Source: an uncultured Spirochaetota bacterium
GTDB taxonomy: Bacteria; Spirochaetota; Brevinematia; Brevinematales; JAOACQ01
Assembly: GCA_963835575.1 (NCBI GenBank)
Contig: CAWIGG010000004.1
Coordinates: forward strand, 384,001-448,000
Reading direction: 5' to 3'
DNA length: 64,000 bases
Both the position numbers and the translations under genes were made by a program. The notes beneath the pieces are model-generated. The model was not told the DNA's origin. It did not search any database and saw only the letters and a program-made list of their open reading frames with translations. Shown in pieces: positions 1 through 8,611 of the stretch. Numbering within the stretch: the first letter of the stretch is position 1; the number at the start of each line of letters is the position of its first letter.

Positions 1-710
1 CCTTTCAAACCTTTTTCTTTTAGGTTTCTTAATATCCCTAACCAAGTCTCGGAATTCTCTCTGTAACCTTCTTCAACAAGAATAATCTCCTTTTCACCAT
101 TCTCATTGGCTCCGATCATTACAAGAGTGCATAAACGGTCTTCGCTGCCCTGTACATTGAAGTAAATGCCGTCAACCCATATATAGCAATACTTTTTATC
201 GCTTAAATCGGATGTCCGCCACTCATCATATTCTTTACCCCATCCTTGTTTCATTCTGCTTATACTTGAGGCTGATAATCCTTTCGCTTCTTCACCAAGC
301 AATCCTCTCAAGGCATTCTCCATATCCATCTCTGAGACTCCATAGAGATACAACAATGGAATGGCTTCCTCAATTCTCAGGCTTTTTCTCATATACGGCG
401 GTACTATTAGGCTTTGAAAATTGTCGCCTCCGAGTCGGTTCCTTGTTCTCGGAATACATACATCAATAGCCCCTCCACCAATGAGAATCTGACGGGCTTT
501 ATGATACCCATTTCTTACTATTGCCTTTCTCCCGTCTTCGATAGTTAAATGCTCTCTCTCCTGAAGAAACCCATTAATTTCATCTTCCAGAGCCTTCTTG
601 ATTATTTCCCTGGCCCCGATCCTTGCCAATTCTTCAAGACATAAAAATTCTACTGTTTCATCTTGATTAAAAGCCTGTAAGAGCTTAAAATCTTCGTTGT
701 GCTTCGGCAT
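1..710 (-). CDS. IS256 (Mutator-like) DDE transposase, N-terminal part
   Basis: Not in the ORF track because it has no stop in the window. Manual translation: MPKHNEDF...RNGYHKARQI...PPYMRKS...LYLYGVSE...LSASSISR...YIWVDGIYFNV...LVMIGANENGEKEII...EGYRENSETW. GGAGG SD at 721-725. Confidence 0.9.
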   Translation of the reverse strand, partial: MPKHNEDFKLLQAFNQDETVEFLCLEELARIGAREIIKKALEDEINGFLQEREHLTIEDGRKAIVRNGYHKARQILIGGGAIDVCIPRTRNRLGGDNFQSLIVPPYMRKSLRIEEAIPLLYLYGVSEMDMENALRGLLGEEAKGLSASSISRMKQGWGKEYDEWRTSDLSDKKYCYIWVDGIYFNVQGSEDRLCTLVMIGANENGEKEIILVEEGYRENSETWLGILRNLKEKGLK

Positions 711-812
711 ATGGCGTATTCCTCCTTTTGTTTATTGTCGTAAATAAATTATAGAGGGTACGCCATCTTTTTTATAATATTTATTCCTATACACAACTTT
801 CTATTATAACTC
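1..812 (-). mobile_element. IS256-family insertion sequence, left part (runs off the window start)
   Basis: Contains the transposase 5' region. The putative left end reads GAGTTATAATAGAAAGTTGTGTATAGG on the minus strand from 812, and an unrelated truncated ORF starts immediately beyond it. The other end is outside the window. Confidence 0.8.
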
Positions 813-813
813 T

Positions 814-1008
814 AAGGATGCCATTGAAATTGATAATAAAGATTTTCAAGTTTTTAATCAAAATAAAAAATTAGATCACTTAAGTCATGTTAGACCAGAC
901 AAATTATTTACTTTTTCAAAAAATGATATTAAATATAGTATAGGAAAATTAAATCAAAAAACAATAACTACTATTATTGATAAATTAATTGAAATAATAA
1001 AAAGATAA
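814..1008 (+). pseudogene. 3' fragment of a PemK/MazF-type toxin gene cut by the IS256 insertion
   Basis: Open frame with no start codon: KDAIEIDNKDF...SHVRPDKLFTFSKNDIKYSIGKLNQKTITTIIDKLIEIIKR*. It resembles the C-terminal half of PemK/MazF proteins (S-x-[VI]-R-P-x-K-[LI]-F-T...IGKL) and begins at the IS end. Confidence 0.65.
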
Positions 1009-1117
1009 TTGTTAAAGTTGATTATGTAATATTCACTTTTAATTATTCTACCAATTAAGGATCAGTCTGTACTTATAACCCCATCTAAAATCTGCATTAT
1101 AAGCAATGAACTTTATA

Positions 1118-1194
1118 CTTCGAAACTTCGTGTCTTCGTGTCTTTCTGTTAATTCCAAATCTTGATAATCCCGCATTATCCTGAAAATCCTGCT
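1118..1194. repeat. Two short periodic repeat tracts
   Basis: cttcgaaa-cttcgtgt-cttcgtgt-ctttctgt (8-nt period), then aatcttgat-aatcccgca-ttatcctgaa-aatcctgct (about 9-nt period). Confidence 0.6.
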
Positions 1195-1212
1195 CTATTG
1201 GGGTCCACAAAG

Positions 1213-2439
1213 TTATTTAATCTTTGTATAAAGCTCATGCTCGAACGGGAACGGCTCCAATGCCCTTGGAAGAAGCCCGTTCACATAAGCCAGGAACAGC
1301 CCGTAATTGACGGCATAAATGCCGTTCTGCTTTAAAAGATCCAGCTGACGCATGAGCGCATTCCTTGCCGCCATGCATCCGCCGCATGCGATGACCATAT
1401 AATAATCCTTGAGCTTCGATTCATCCGGCAGTGCATGGACCAGCTCGAATTCCGCCCGAGGCTGAATAAGCTGTCTGAAAAGGCGCGGGATTTTGACCGA
1501 CCCGATATCGTCCGCCTGCCTGTGATGGGAGCAGGCCTCAAAGATAATCACCTTGATATCCGGCGGCGCGCTTTTTAACGCGGCCAGGCTTTTGACAAAA
1601 TACGCCAGGTCCCATTTCTTCCGGGCAAAGAGGATCGAAAAAGACGTCATCGGCTGGTCGGGAGGGATATCCGCCGCCACTTTGTTGAAAACCTGGCTGT
1701 CCGTTATCACGAGCCTCGGCCTTTTCTTCAGGCCGTCGTAAAAATACTTCAGCTCCCTTTCCTTGACAACGAGCGCCGCGCAGTCCTTGTCCAGAAGATC
1801 GCGGATCGTTTCTACCTGCGGCAGGATCAGCCGCCCCTTCGGCGCCGCCAGGTCTATCGGTGTTACCAGGATAACAAGGTTGTTTTCCTCGACCAGCCCT
1901 TCCGCCGGCGTCATTTCCGGCTCCAGAAGCTTAGCGTATTGAATCAGCATCTGCTTGAGTTCAGGAACGCCCTTTTTTTTGATATTGTCTATCAGCACAT
2001 AGGAAGAATTTATCTTTTCCAGCCACTCTTTTTTCTGCGGCAGCATTTTTTTATCCGAGAACGTTACGGCCAGGACCCAATTTTTCCGCCGGGCGTTCAG
2101 TTTATCGGATATCTCTTCCTCTTCAACGGCGGGCAATGCGTTCGCCCGGGTGATCAGCACCGGGATATCCGCCCCGGCCAGGCTTTCAAGACTGCGGTCA
2201 ATCCTCAGTTTTCCCAGATCGCCTGTATCATCCAGCCCCGCCGTATCCGTCACGGCAACGGGACCGAGCCCGGAAAGTTCCATGCTTTTAGTTACCGGAT
2301 CGGTTGTCGTCCCGGGAACTTCCGATATGATTGAAACCTGTCTTTCAAAAAGATTATTCATCAATGACGATTTGCCGGAATTCCTGACGCCGAAGAGGAC
2401 GATCCTGAATTGCTCCGAAAGCGGGGTACTGTCTTTCAT
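1213..2439 (-). CDS. hydF: [FeFe]-hydrogenase H-cluster maturation GTPase HydF
   Basis: GVRNSGKSS P-loop, PGTTTDPV, DTAG, APKGRLILPQV, ITDSQ, EACSHH...DDIG, CGGCM. Confidence 0.95.
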   Translation of the reverse strand: MKDSTPLSEQFRIVLFGVRNSGKSSLMNNLFERQVSIISEVPGTTTDPVTKSMELSGLGPVAVTDTAGLDDTGDLGKLRIDRSLESLAGADIPVLITRANALPAVEEEEISDKLNARRKNWVLAVTFSDKKMLPQKKEWLEKINSSYVLIDNIKKKGVPELKQMLIQYAKLLEPEMTPAEGLVEENNLVILVTPIDLAAPKGRLILPQVETIRDLLDKDCAALVVKERELKYFYDGLKKRPRLVITDSQVFNKVAADIPPDQPMTSFSILFARKKWDLAYFVKSLAALKSAPPDIKVIIFEACSHHRQADDIGSVKIPRLFRQLIQPRAEFELVHALPDESKLKDYYMVIACGGCMAARNALMRQLDLLKQNGIYAVNYGLFLAYVNGLLPRALEPFPFEHELYTKIK

Positions 2440-2609
2440 GAGTTCTCCTTAAGCTTTATTTTAAATCACGGGATATATTTTGACAATAAAAAGAAACACT
2501 TGTTAATAACAATAAAATTAATTAATCAAAATTTTATAAAAATATATTTTTACAGCTATAATATACTATGTTTTATAAAGTATAAAAACTTCATTATAAG
2601 GATATAAAT

Positions 2610-2816
2610 ATGAAAAGCGGAAAATGCCCGAAATGCGGCGGCGCGGATATAATTGAAATTCCGGGGTTAGCCGGCGCGTATGGAAATAATGTTCCTATTG
2701 GGATAACTTTTTTTTCCAGCGTAAAAGTAACCCGGTATTTATGCTCTCATTGCGGTTTTTCCGAGGAATGGATAATCAATAGCGGGGATATTGAAAAAAT
2801 TAAAAAAATATCATAA
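2610..2816 (+). CDS. Small zinc-ribbon protein
   Basis: CPKC...CSHCGFSE pairs in 68 aa, with an AAGGA SD upstream. Confidence 0.75.
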   Translation: MKSGKCPKCGGADIIEIPGLAGAYGNNVPIGITFFSSVKVTRYLCSHCGFSEEWIINSGDIEKIKKIS

Positions 2817-2919
2817 AGAATGTGTGCCTTTTTCTCAGACAGGGCCATTTAAATATATTATTTGAATATTTTGTTGTTTACACAGGCGGCGGCAAGCCAT
2901 TTTACTTAAAGGAAAATAT

Positions 2920-3528
2920 ATGTATATTTATTTTATAAGGCATGGCGAAAGTTCTACAAATAAATTGCATATAATTTATAATCGCGGAAGTCTGCATGGT
3001 TTGACACAAAAAGGCAGACAACAAATGTTTCAATTATCAAAGGAATTAAAATCATTAAAATTTGATAAAATTATTTCAAGCCCTTTATTAAGGGCAATAG
3101 AAAGTTCTAATATACTGGCCGGTGAACTGAATTTGAAAATTGAACTATCCGAATCATTAAGGGAATATGATGTCGGCTTATATGATAATACCGGTTCAAC
3201 TGAAACATTTGATAGAGATACTGAAATATTGAAAGAATGGCTGATTAATAAAAATTGGGACATTTCATTTGAACAGGGTGAATCATATAAAAATATCGCC
3301 GATAGATTCATGAAATTAATGAATCCTATTGAAAAAGAAACAGATTTGAATTATATATTCATGAGTCATGGCGGATTGATCCAATGTATGCTGCCGTATT
3401 TGTGCAAAAATATAAGCTATGAATACAGTTTTGATAAATTTCTAAATAATGGAGAATATTCAATCATTCAATATGTAAATAATGAATTTTTATGTTTAAA
3501 ACACGGTAAAAATGATTTAAACAGTTGA
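2920..3528 (+). CDS. Histidine phosphatase (phosphoglycerate mutase-like) family protein
   Basis: FIRHGES, SSPLLRA, LREYDVG, GES and SHGG motifs. Confidence 0.92.
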   Translation: MYIYFIRHGESSTNKLHIIYNRGSLHGLTQKGRQQMFQLSKELKSLKFDKIISSPLLRAIESSNILAGELNLKIELSESLREYDVGLYDNTGSTETFDRDTEILKEWLINKNWDISFEQGESYKNIADRFMKLMNPIEKETDLNYIFMSHGGLIQCMLPYLCKNISYEYSFDKFLNNGEYSIIQYVNNEFLCLKHGKNDLNS

Positions 3529-3658
3529 AACACCATTTATAGTTCTGTGTTTGCTTGCGGCAGGCAATGCAGTGAGTGGAGAAGCTTTATGGTTTTAAGG
3601 TTTCGTGAAAGCCGGCTATTGTACAAAATAACTGACAAAAGAAAAGAGGTTATAAATT

Positions 3659-4447
3659 ATGAATCATCTTAGATTATTACTTATTTTACTTTTCTGCTTT
3701 ATATTAAATAGTGCTCACTCTGAAACTCTTGATGAAAATTTATCAATCAATGAAATAAAGCCAAATTTATACATAGTCACGCATGCATATCCCTGGCCCG
3801 CAAATTCATTAGTATCAATCATGGAAAACGGGAATATTTTAATAATTGACACACCTTATACTCCGAAAGCGATGAAGTCAGTGTTAAATTGGATTTATAA
3901 AAAATTTGGAAAGAGAAATATTAAAGCTGTAAATACCCACTTTCATATAGATAGGCTGGGCGGCAATGAGGCATTAGTAAAAGCCGGGATTCCAATATAT
4001 AGTTCCGAATTAACCGCAAATTCTATTATGACAAGAGGCCGAAAATCAATCGATCTATTGAAGAGCCGGATAAAAGATGAAAAAATAAAATCATATTATT
4101 TGAATTTTAAATATACGCCTCCGACAGATATTTTTGATTCAAAAAAAGGGCTGACTCTGACATTCGGGAAAGAGAAGGCGGAAATAAAATATTATGGGCC
4201 CGGCCATTCAATTGATAACCTGGCAGTCTTTTTACCGGATAAAAAAACCATATTCGGCGGCTGTATGATTTTATCTTTAGATGCTGAAAACGCGGGTAAT
4301 GTCAGCGATGGGGATATAAATGAATGGAAAAGGACTATAAAAAAAATAGACACAAATAATTATGATCTGGTTATTCCAGGGCATGGCAGGGCCGGCGGTC
4401 TGGAATTAATTACACACACGGAAGAAATCTTAGAAACAAGCAAATAA
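3659..4447 (+). CDS. bla: Subclass B1 metallo-beta-lactamase, SPM-1/SPS-1-like
   Basis: Signal peptide, then NTHFHIDRLGG, GPGHSIDN, FGGCMI and VIPGHG, giving the full B1 zinc ligand set (His/His/His and Asp/Cys/His). Confidence 0.88.
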   Translation: MNHLRLLLILLFCFILNSAHSETLDENLSINEIKPNLYIVTHAYPWPANSLVSIMENGNILIIDTPYTPKAMKSVLNWIYKKFGKRNIKAVNTHFHIDRLGGNEALVKAGIPIYSSELTANSIMTRGRKSIDLLKSRIKDEKIKSYYLNFKYTPPTDIFDSKKGLTLTFGKEKAEIKYYGPGHSIDNLAVFLPDKKTIFGGCMILSLDAENAGNVSDGDINEWKRTIKKIDTNNYDLVIPGHGRAGGLELITHTEEILETSK

Positions 4448-4527
4448 TTGGATTTTAGACTTCCGATGCATCGGATGTCATAAAACACTTGCCGCCAGGG
4501 TCAATATCATATTCGGGATAAAAAATC

Positions 4528-5277
4528 ATGAAACTGACAGATCATTGTTTCGCCGTTACAGGATTATATTATATTCCTCCCTGGAGCGTAAACGCCGGCT
4601 TTATTATCGGGGAGAAAAAAACGCTCATTATCGATTCGGGAAGTAATTACATATCGGCGCAGACTATTTACGGATACGCAAAAACAGCAAAGCCGGATAA
4701 TGAGCTGCTGCTGATCAACACGGAAAGACATCTGGACCATATCGGCGGGAATAGTTATTTTTTTGAAAAAGGAATCAGTATTTACGGTCATTTCCTGATA
4801 AACAGAAATCAGAATGAATTAACATCGATGATTGATGATTTGAATCAATCTATTCCTCAAAGAATGAGAAAAGAGGCCAACGAAGGACTGATCGCGTTCG
4901 GCAATACTAGAATCGTTAATCCTGATCATAAAATAATGAATAACACGTCCATTGATCTGGGAGAAATTTCAGTCCGGGTTATATTAACACCCGGTCATAC
5001 TAAAACAAATCTTTCTGTTTTTCATGAAAAAGATAAAGTCATTTTCTGCGGGGACTGCATTTTACCGGAATTTATCCCGAACCTGGAAGAAGGCAATAGA
5101 CCGGAATGGAAAATATGGATTGAATCATTGGAAATTATTAAAAACCTGAATGGCGATATTCTTGTTCCCGGACATGGGAATGTTATTACCGGTAAAAGTA
5201 ATATTTTAAAAGAGATAGACCGGACAAAAGATGTGTTATTGAATGCGGTTGAACTTAATAAGGCTCCAATCGCATAA
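4528..5277 (+). CDS. MBL-fold metallo-hydrolase (cyclase/glyoxalase II-like)
   Basis: IIDSG, TERHLDHIGG, TPGHT, FCGD, VPGHG. No signal peptide. Confidence 0.88.
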   Translation: MKLTDHCFAVTGLYYIPPWSVNAGFIIGEKKTLIIDSGSNYISAQTIYGYAKTAKPDNELLLINTERHLDHIGGNSYFFEKGISIYGHFLINRNQNELTSMIDDLNQSIPQRMRKEANEGLIAFGNTRIVNPDHKIMNNTSIDLGEISVRVILTPGHTKTNLSVFHEKDKVIFCGDCILPEFIPNLEEGNRPEWKIWIESLEIIKNLNGDILVPGHGNVITGKSNILKEIDRTKDVLLNAVELNKAPIA

Positions 5278-5396
5278 TCTTTAGCCAACAAGGCTCCCCG
5301 GCCCTTCCGGCATATTTTGCTTTTAACATATCATTATCATTATATTCATCACTTAATAATCCCTGAATTTCAGTCCGGATTAATTTATATCTCCTC

Positions 5397-5446
5397 TTGA
5401 CAAATATTCTAACAATATGTTATAATATTAGAAAGTTAGAATATTT
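5397..5446 (+). promoter_or_regulatory. Sigma70 promoter with overlapping inverted repeat (probable TetR operator)
   Basis: TTGACA (5397-5402), 18 nt, then TG-N-TATAAT (TATAAT at 5421-5426). 12-bp inverted repeat AAATATTCTAAC (5402-5413) / GTTAGAATATTT (5435-5446). Confidence 0.8.
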
Positions 5447-5458
5447 TGGAGGATTCCA

Positions 5459-6061
5459 ATGGCCTCTGATAAAAAGAATGAAATATTAGCGGCCGCGGGA
5501 AAATGCTTTGTCAGGTTCGGCTATGATAAAACAACCCTGGATGATATCGGCGAAATGGTCGGGATGAACAAGGTTTCGTTATATTATTACTTTAAGAATA
5601 AGGATGCCATATTTACCGAAGTCATAACCAGGGAAGCCGATGAATACAGCGAGGCCATGAAAAAGAATGTGGAAACCCTCAGCGGCTGCCGGGAAAAGAT
5701 CCTGGCCTGGATTGAAGAAGGCTTTAAGTACAATCAGGGCAACAGCATTTTACGCCAGCTGTCTTTTGAGACTTTAAAAAGCCTCCGTCCTCAATTGGAA
5801 GAATTAAAGGAATACGCCAAGAAAAAAGGAACGGAATATCTTGCGTCCATTCTGAAAGACTGCAAAACTCGCGGCGAGATCACGGACTGTGATGTCAATA
5901 TGGCCGCGGAAGCCATTCATAACGTTATATATGCCTTGAAAGACAACGCTTATATGCGGTCAAAATCAAATCTGAATAACGAGGCCGACTTTTCCGGGAT
6001 GGTAAAGGAAATCCTCTTTACCGTTTCCTTGATACTTGACGGTATAATCATAAAAAAATAA
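5459..6061 (+). CDS. TetR/AcrR family transcriptional regulator
   Basis: N-terminal HTH: GYDKTTLDDIGEMVGMNKVSLYYYFKNKDAI. Confidence 0.95.
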   Translation: MASDKKNEILAAAGKCFVRFGYDKTTLDDIGEMVGMNKVSLYYYFKNKDAIFTEVITREADEYSEAMKKNVETLSGCREKILAWIEEGFKYNQGNSILRQLSFETLKSLRPQLEELKEYAKKKGTEYLASILKDCKTRGEITDCDVNMAAEAIHNVIYALKDNAYMRSKSNLNNEADFSGMVKEILFTVSLILDGIIIKK

Positions 6062-6076
6062 AAAGGAGGGCTATCT

Positions 6077-6511
6077 ATGCCTGGAATAAAGGAAGAAGTT
6101 TTTTTAAATTGCCAGCCCGAAACAGCTTTTAGAGAATATTCGGATGTGAATTTTATTTCAAAAATCGGTGCGGCTATCGGAATTACAGAAAACGAAATAA
6201 TTTTCCTGAATGACCGGCTGGTAAAGTTTGATACCAAAATCAAATATAACAATAATATTCTGTCATTATCATCCGAGAGAATCCTTATTCCTGAAAACCT
6301 TACCATCGTGACCCGAAGAACCAACGTTCCGATGCTCAAGTACAATGTGATAATCAACACTTTTAAAAAACATGAAGCGGGAACAATTATGATGCATATC
6401 GATGAATTTGAAACTGAAGCCCCCAACCCTGAAGCGGACGGTCAATCCCTGTCACGCTTGAAAATGACCACCAAACAGCTGATGGACAAGGTAACGGCAT
6501 ATTTTAAGTAA
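6077..6511 (+). CDS. Hypothetical protein, possibly SRPBCC/START-like
   Basis: Strong AGGAGG SD. The N-terminus (IKEEVFLNCQPETAF...SD) resembles SRPBCC proteins, but the similarity is weak. Confidence 0.6.
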   Translation: MPGIKEEVFLNCQPETAFREYSDVNFISKIGAAIGITENEIIFLNDRLVKFDTKIKYNNNILSLSSERILIPENLTIVTRRTNVPMLKYNVIINTFKKHEAGTIMMHIDEFETEAPNPEADGQSLSRLKMTTKQLMDKVTAYFK

Positions 6512-6533
6512 TTTCGATTATGGGGAGGTTATT

Positions 6534-7379
6534 ATGACCGATATGAAAGGTAAGATCTGCCTGATAACCGGCGCGACAGGCGGGATCGGTAAAGCGGCGG
6601 CGAAGACGCTTGCCGATACGGGCGCATCAATTGTCATTGTCGGACGAAACAAGGAAAAAACTGCCCGGATTGCCGGTGAGATCAGGTCATCCGGTAATCA
6701 AAACATCGATTATTTAACTGCGGACTTATTATCGCAGTCAGACATCCGGAAACTTGCGGATGAGTTCAAGAAAAAATATAATAAACTTGATGTCCTCATC
6801 AACAATGCCGGAGCGATATTCAAGGAACGGAAGCTGACTGTTGACGGCATCGAAAGGACCTTCGCCCTCAATGTACTGGCCCCATTCCTTTTGACAAATC
6901 TGCTCCTGGATACTATAAAGGCCGGTTCCCCGGCGCGAATTATCAATGTATCATCCGCCGCTCATACATCAGGTAAAATAGAATTTGACAATCTGCAGAG
7001 CGAAAAATCCTGGAATTTCAGGGCTTACGGAAGCTCAAAACTGGCATTGCTTTTATTTACAGCCGAACTGGCTCGCCGGCTTCAAGGCACAGGCATTACA
7101 GTGAACGCCCTTCATCCGGGTTTTGTCAATACAAACTTCGGCAGTGAATTTAAAGGTTTTATAGCCGTACTGTTCAATATAGGCAAGAGATTATTAAGTA
7201 TTTCCCCGGAAAAAGGTGCCGAAACAATTGTTTACCTGGCGTCTTCACCGGAAGTCCGGGATATTACCGGGAAATATTACGCAAAATCCAGACAGGCCGA
7301 AGCTGCACTGGAAGCTTCAGATAGGAATTCGGCCGGAAGATTATGGGACATTTGCACTGGATTGACGCATCTGGTCTAA
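6534..7379 (+). CDS. Short-chain dehydrogenase/reductase (retinol-DH-like)
   Basis: TGATGGIG, LINNAG, NVSS, YGSSK, LHPG. Confidence 0.95.
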   Translation: MTDMKGKICLITGATGGIGKAAAKTLADTGASIVIVGRNKEKTARIAGEIRSSGNQNIDYLTADLLSQSDIRKLADEFKKKYNKLDVLINNAGAIFKERKLTVDGIERTFALNVLAPFLLTNLLLDTIKAGSPARIINVSSAAHTSGKIEFDNLQSEKSWNFRAYGSSKLALLLFTAELARRLQGTGITVNALHPGFVNTNFGSEFKGFIAVLFNIGKRLLSISPEKGAETIVYLASSPEVRDITGKYYAKSRQAEAALEASDRNSAGRLWDICTGLTHLV

Positions 7380-7429
7380 ACAGACTGTCCGGCAAAAAGC
7401 AAAAATAAGGAATGAATAGGAGATTTAAT

Positions 7430-7801
7430 ATGGATATTTTCAAAGCGGTTAAAATGGGCGACTTAAACGCCGTGGAAGATTATATAAAAGAAGGAGGCAA
7501 TGTCAATGCTAGGGATTTTTATTATATGACCCCGCTTATCGCGGCGGCTGATGAAGAGCGCGCAGACATTGTCAAGCTCCTTATTAAATCAAAAGCCGAT
7601 ATCAACGCAAAAGATAAATTGGGACAGACAGCTCTATATTTAGCAGCGGGTAGAAATGATTTGGAAATCGCAAAACTCCTGATCGAAGCAAAAGCCGATC
7701 TCAATGTAAAAGCTTTAAACGATTTGACAGCATATCAGACCGCGGCTGAAAATGGACTGGATAAAGTCGCCGAACTGCTTAAAAAATCCGGCGCGAGATA
7801 A
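7430..7801 (+). CDS. Ankyrin repeat protein
   Basis: TPLIAAA...LLIKSKADINAKDKLGQTALYLAA repeats. Start placed at the ATG after AGGAG. Confidence 0.92.
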   Translation: MDIFKAVKMGDLNAVEDYIKEGGNVNARDFYYMTPLIAAADEERADIVKLLIKSKADINAKDKLGQTALYLAAGRNDLEIAKLLIEAKADLNVKALNDLTAYQTAAENGLDKVAELLKKSGAR

Positions 7802-7828
7802 GAAATTAATTCAATAGGATTAATTGAA

Positions 7829-8611
7829 ATGGACGATTCTATCTATAAAAAATCGGTTGAATGCTTAAAGAAGGACTTATTAAAGCATCACCCGACTTTA
7901 AAATATCTTTCCTTATATCATGACAATGCCGATGTCAATTTAATCGAGGACGACACGGATTGGGCCGTACTATCTGCCATGCCGGCCGGCATCCTTTCCT
8001 ATGATACCGCCCATTATCCACAGGCTGAAACAGCCATTTTCATTAACGGGACCTCCGACAGACTGAAATACAAATTATTAGACACGCTGACAAAACGAAA
8101 TTATATACTCAGATTAAACGAGAATCTGGATTTATCCCCTTATAACGACCGGTTTAAAATTACAAATGGAAATTCGTTTTCATTCTATACCTGTCCGGCA
8201 TCCGATAATATCCACATAGACGGTAATATAGACGGAAATTCCGTAATCACGGATGAAGCGGCCGGAATGATCATGAGAAACGGCTATAATGAAGAAGATA
8301 TAAAAAAATACTTCCAAACCGGCGCCGTATGGTTCGGCCTCAAAAAAAACGGCAAAATCATAAGCATCTGTTTTATCTATCAAAACTACGGTGATATCTG
8401 GGAAATCGCGGGCGTTCACACACTGGAAGAGGAAAGGAATAAAGGATACGCCCGTATTGTTGTTTCTTCAGCCCTCAAATACATTTTGGAAAGAAATCTT
8501 ATCCCTGTATATGTGCCCGATGCCCTGAATGTCAATTCAATAAAACTCGCCTTAAGCCTCGGAATGAATAAATTCCTGCTTCTGGAGCATTTTTTATTAA
8601 GCCCGTTGTGA
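7829..8611 (+). CDS. GNAT family N-acetyltransferase
   Basis: C-terminal EIAGVHTLEEERNKGYA...NVNSIKLALSLG. Confidence 0.85.
   Translation: MDDSIYKKSVECLKKDLLKHHPTLKYLSLYHDNADVNLIEDDTDWAVLSAMPAGILSYDTAHYPQAETAIFINGTSDRLKYKLLDTLTKRNYILRLNENLDLSPYNDRFKITNGNSFSFYTCPASDNIHIDGNIDGNSVITDEAAGMIMRNGYNEEDIKKYFQTGAVWFGLKKNGKIISICFIYQNYGDIWEIAGVHTLEEERNKGYARIVVSSALKYILERNLIPVYVPDALNVNSIKLALSLGMNKFLLLEHFLLSPL

Noticed and set aside
212..469. 85-aa plus-strand ORF from the track
   Set aside because: It is an antisense shadow of the IS256 transposase.
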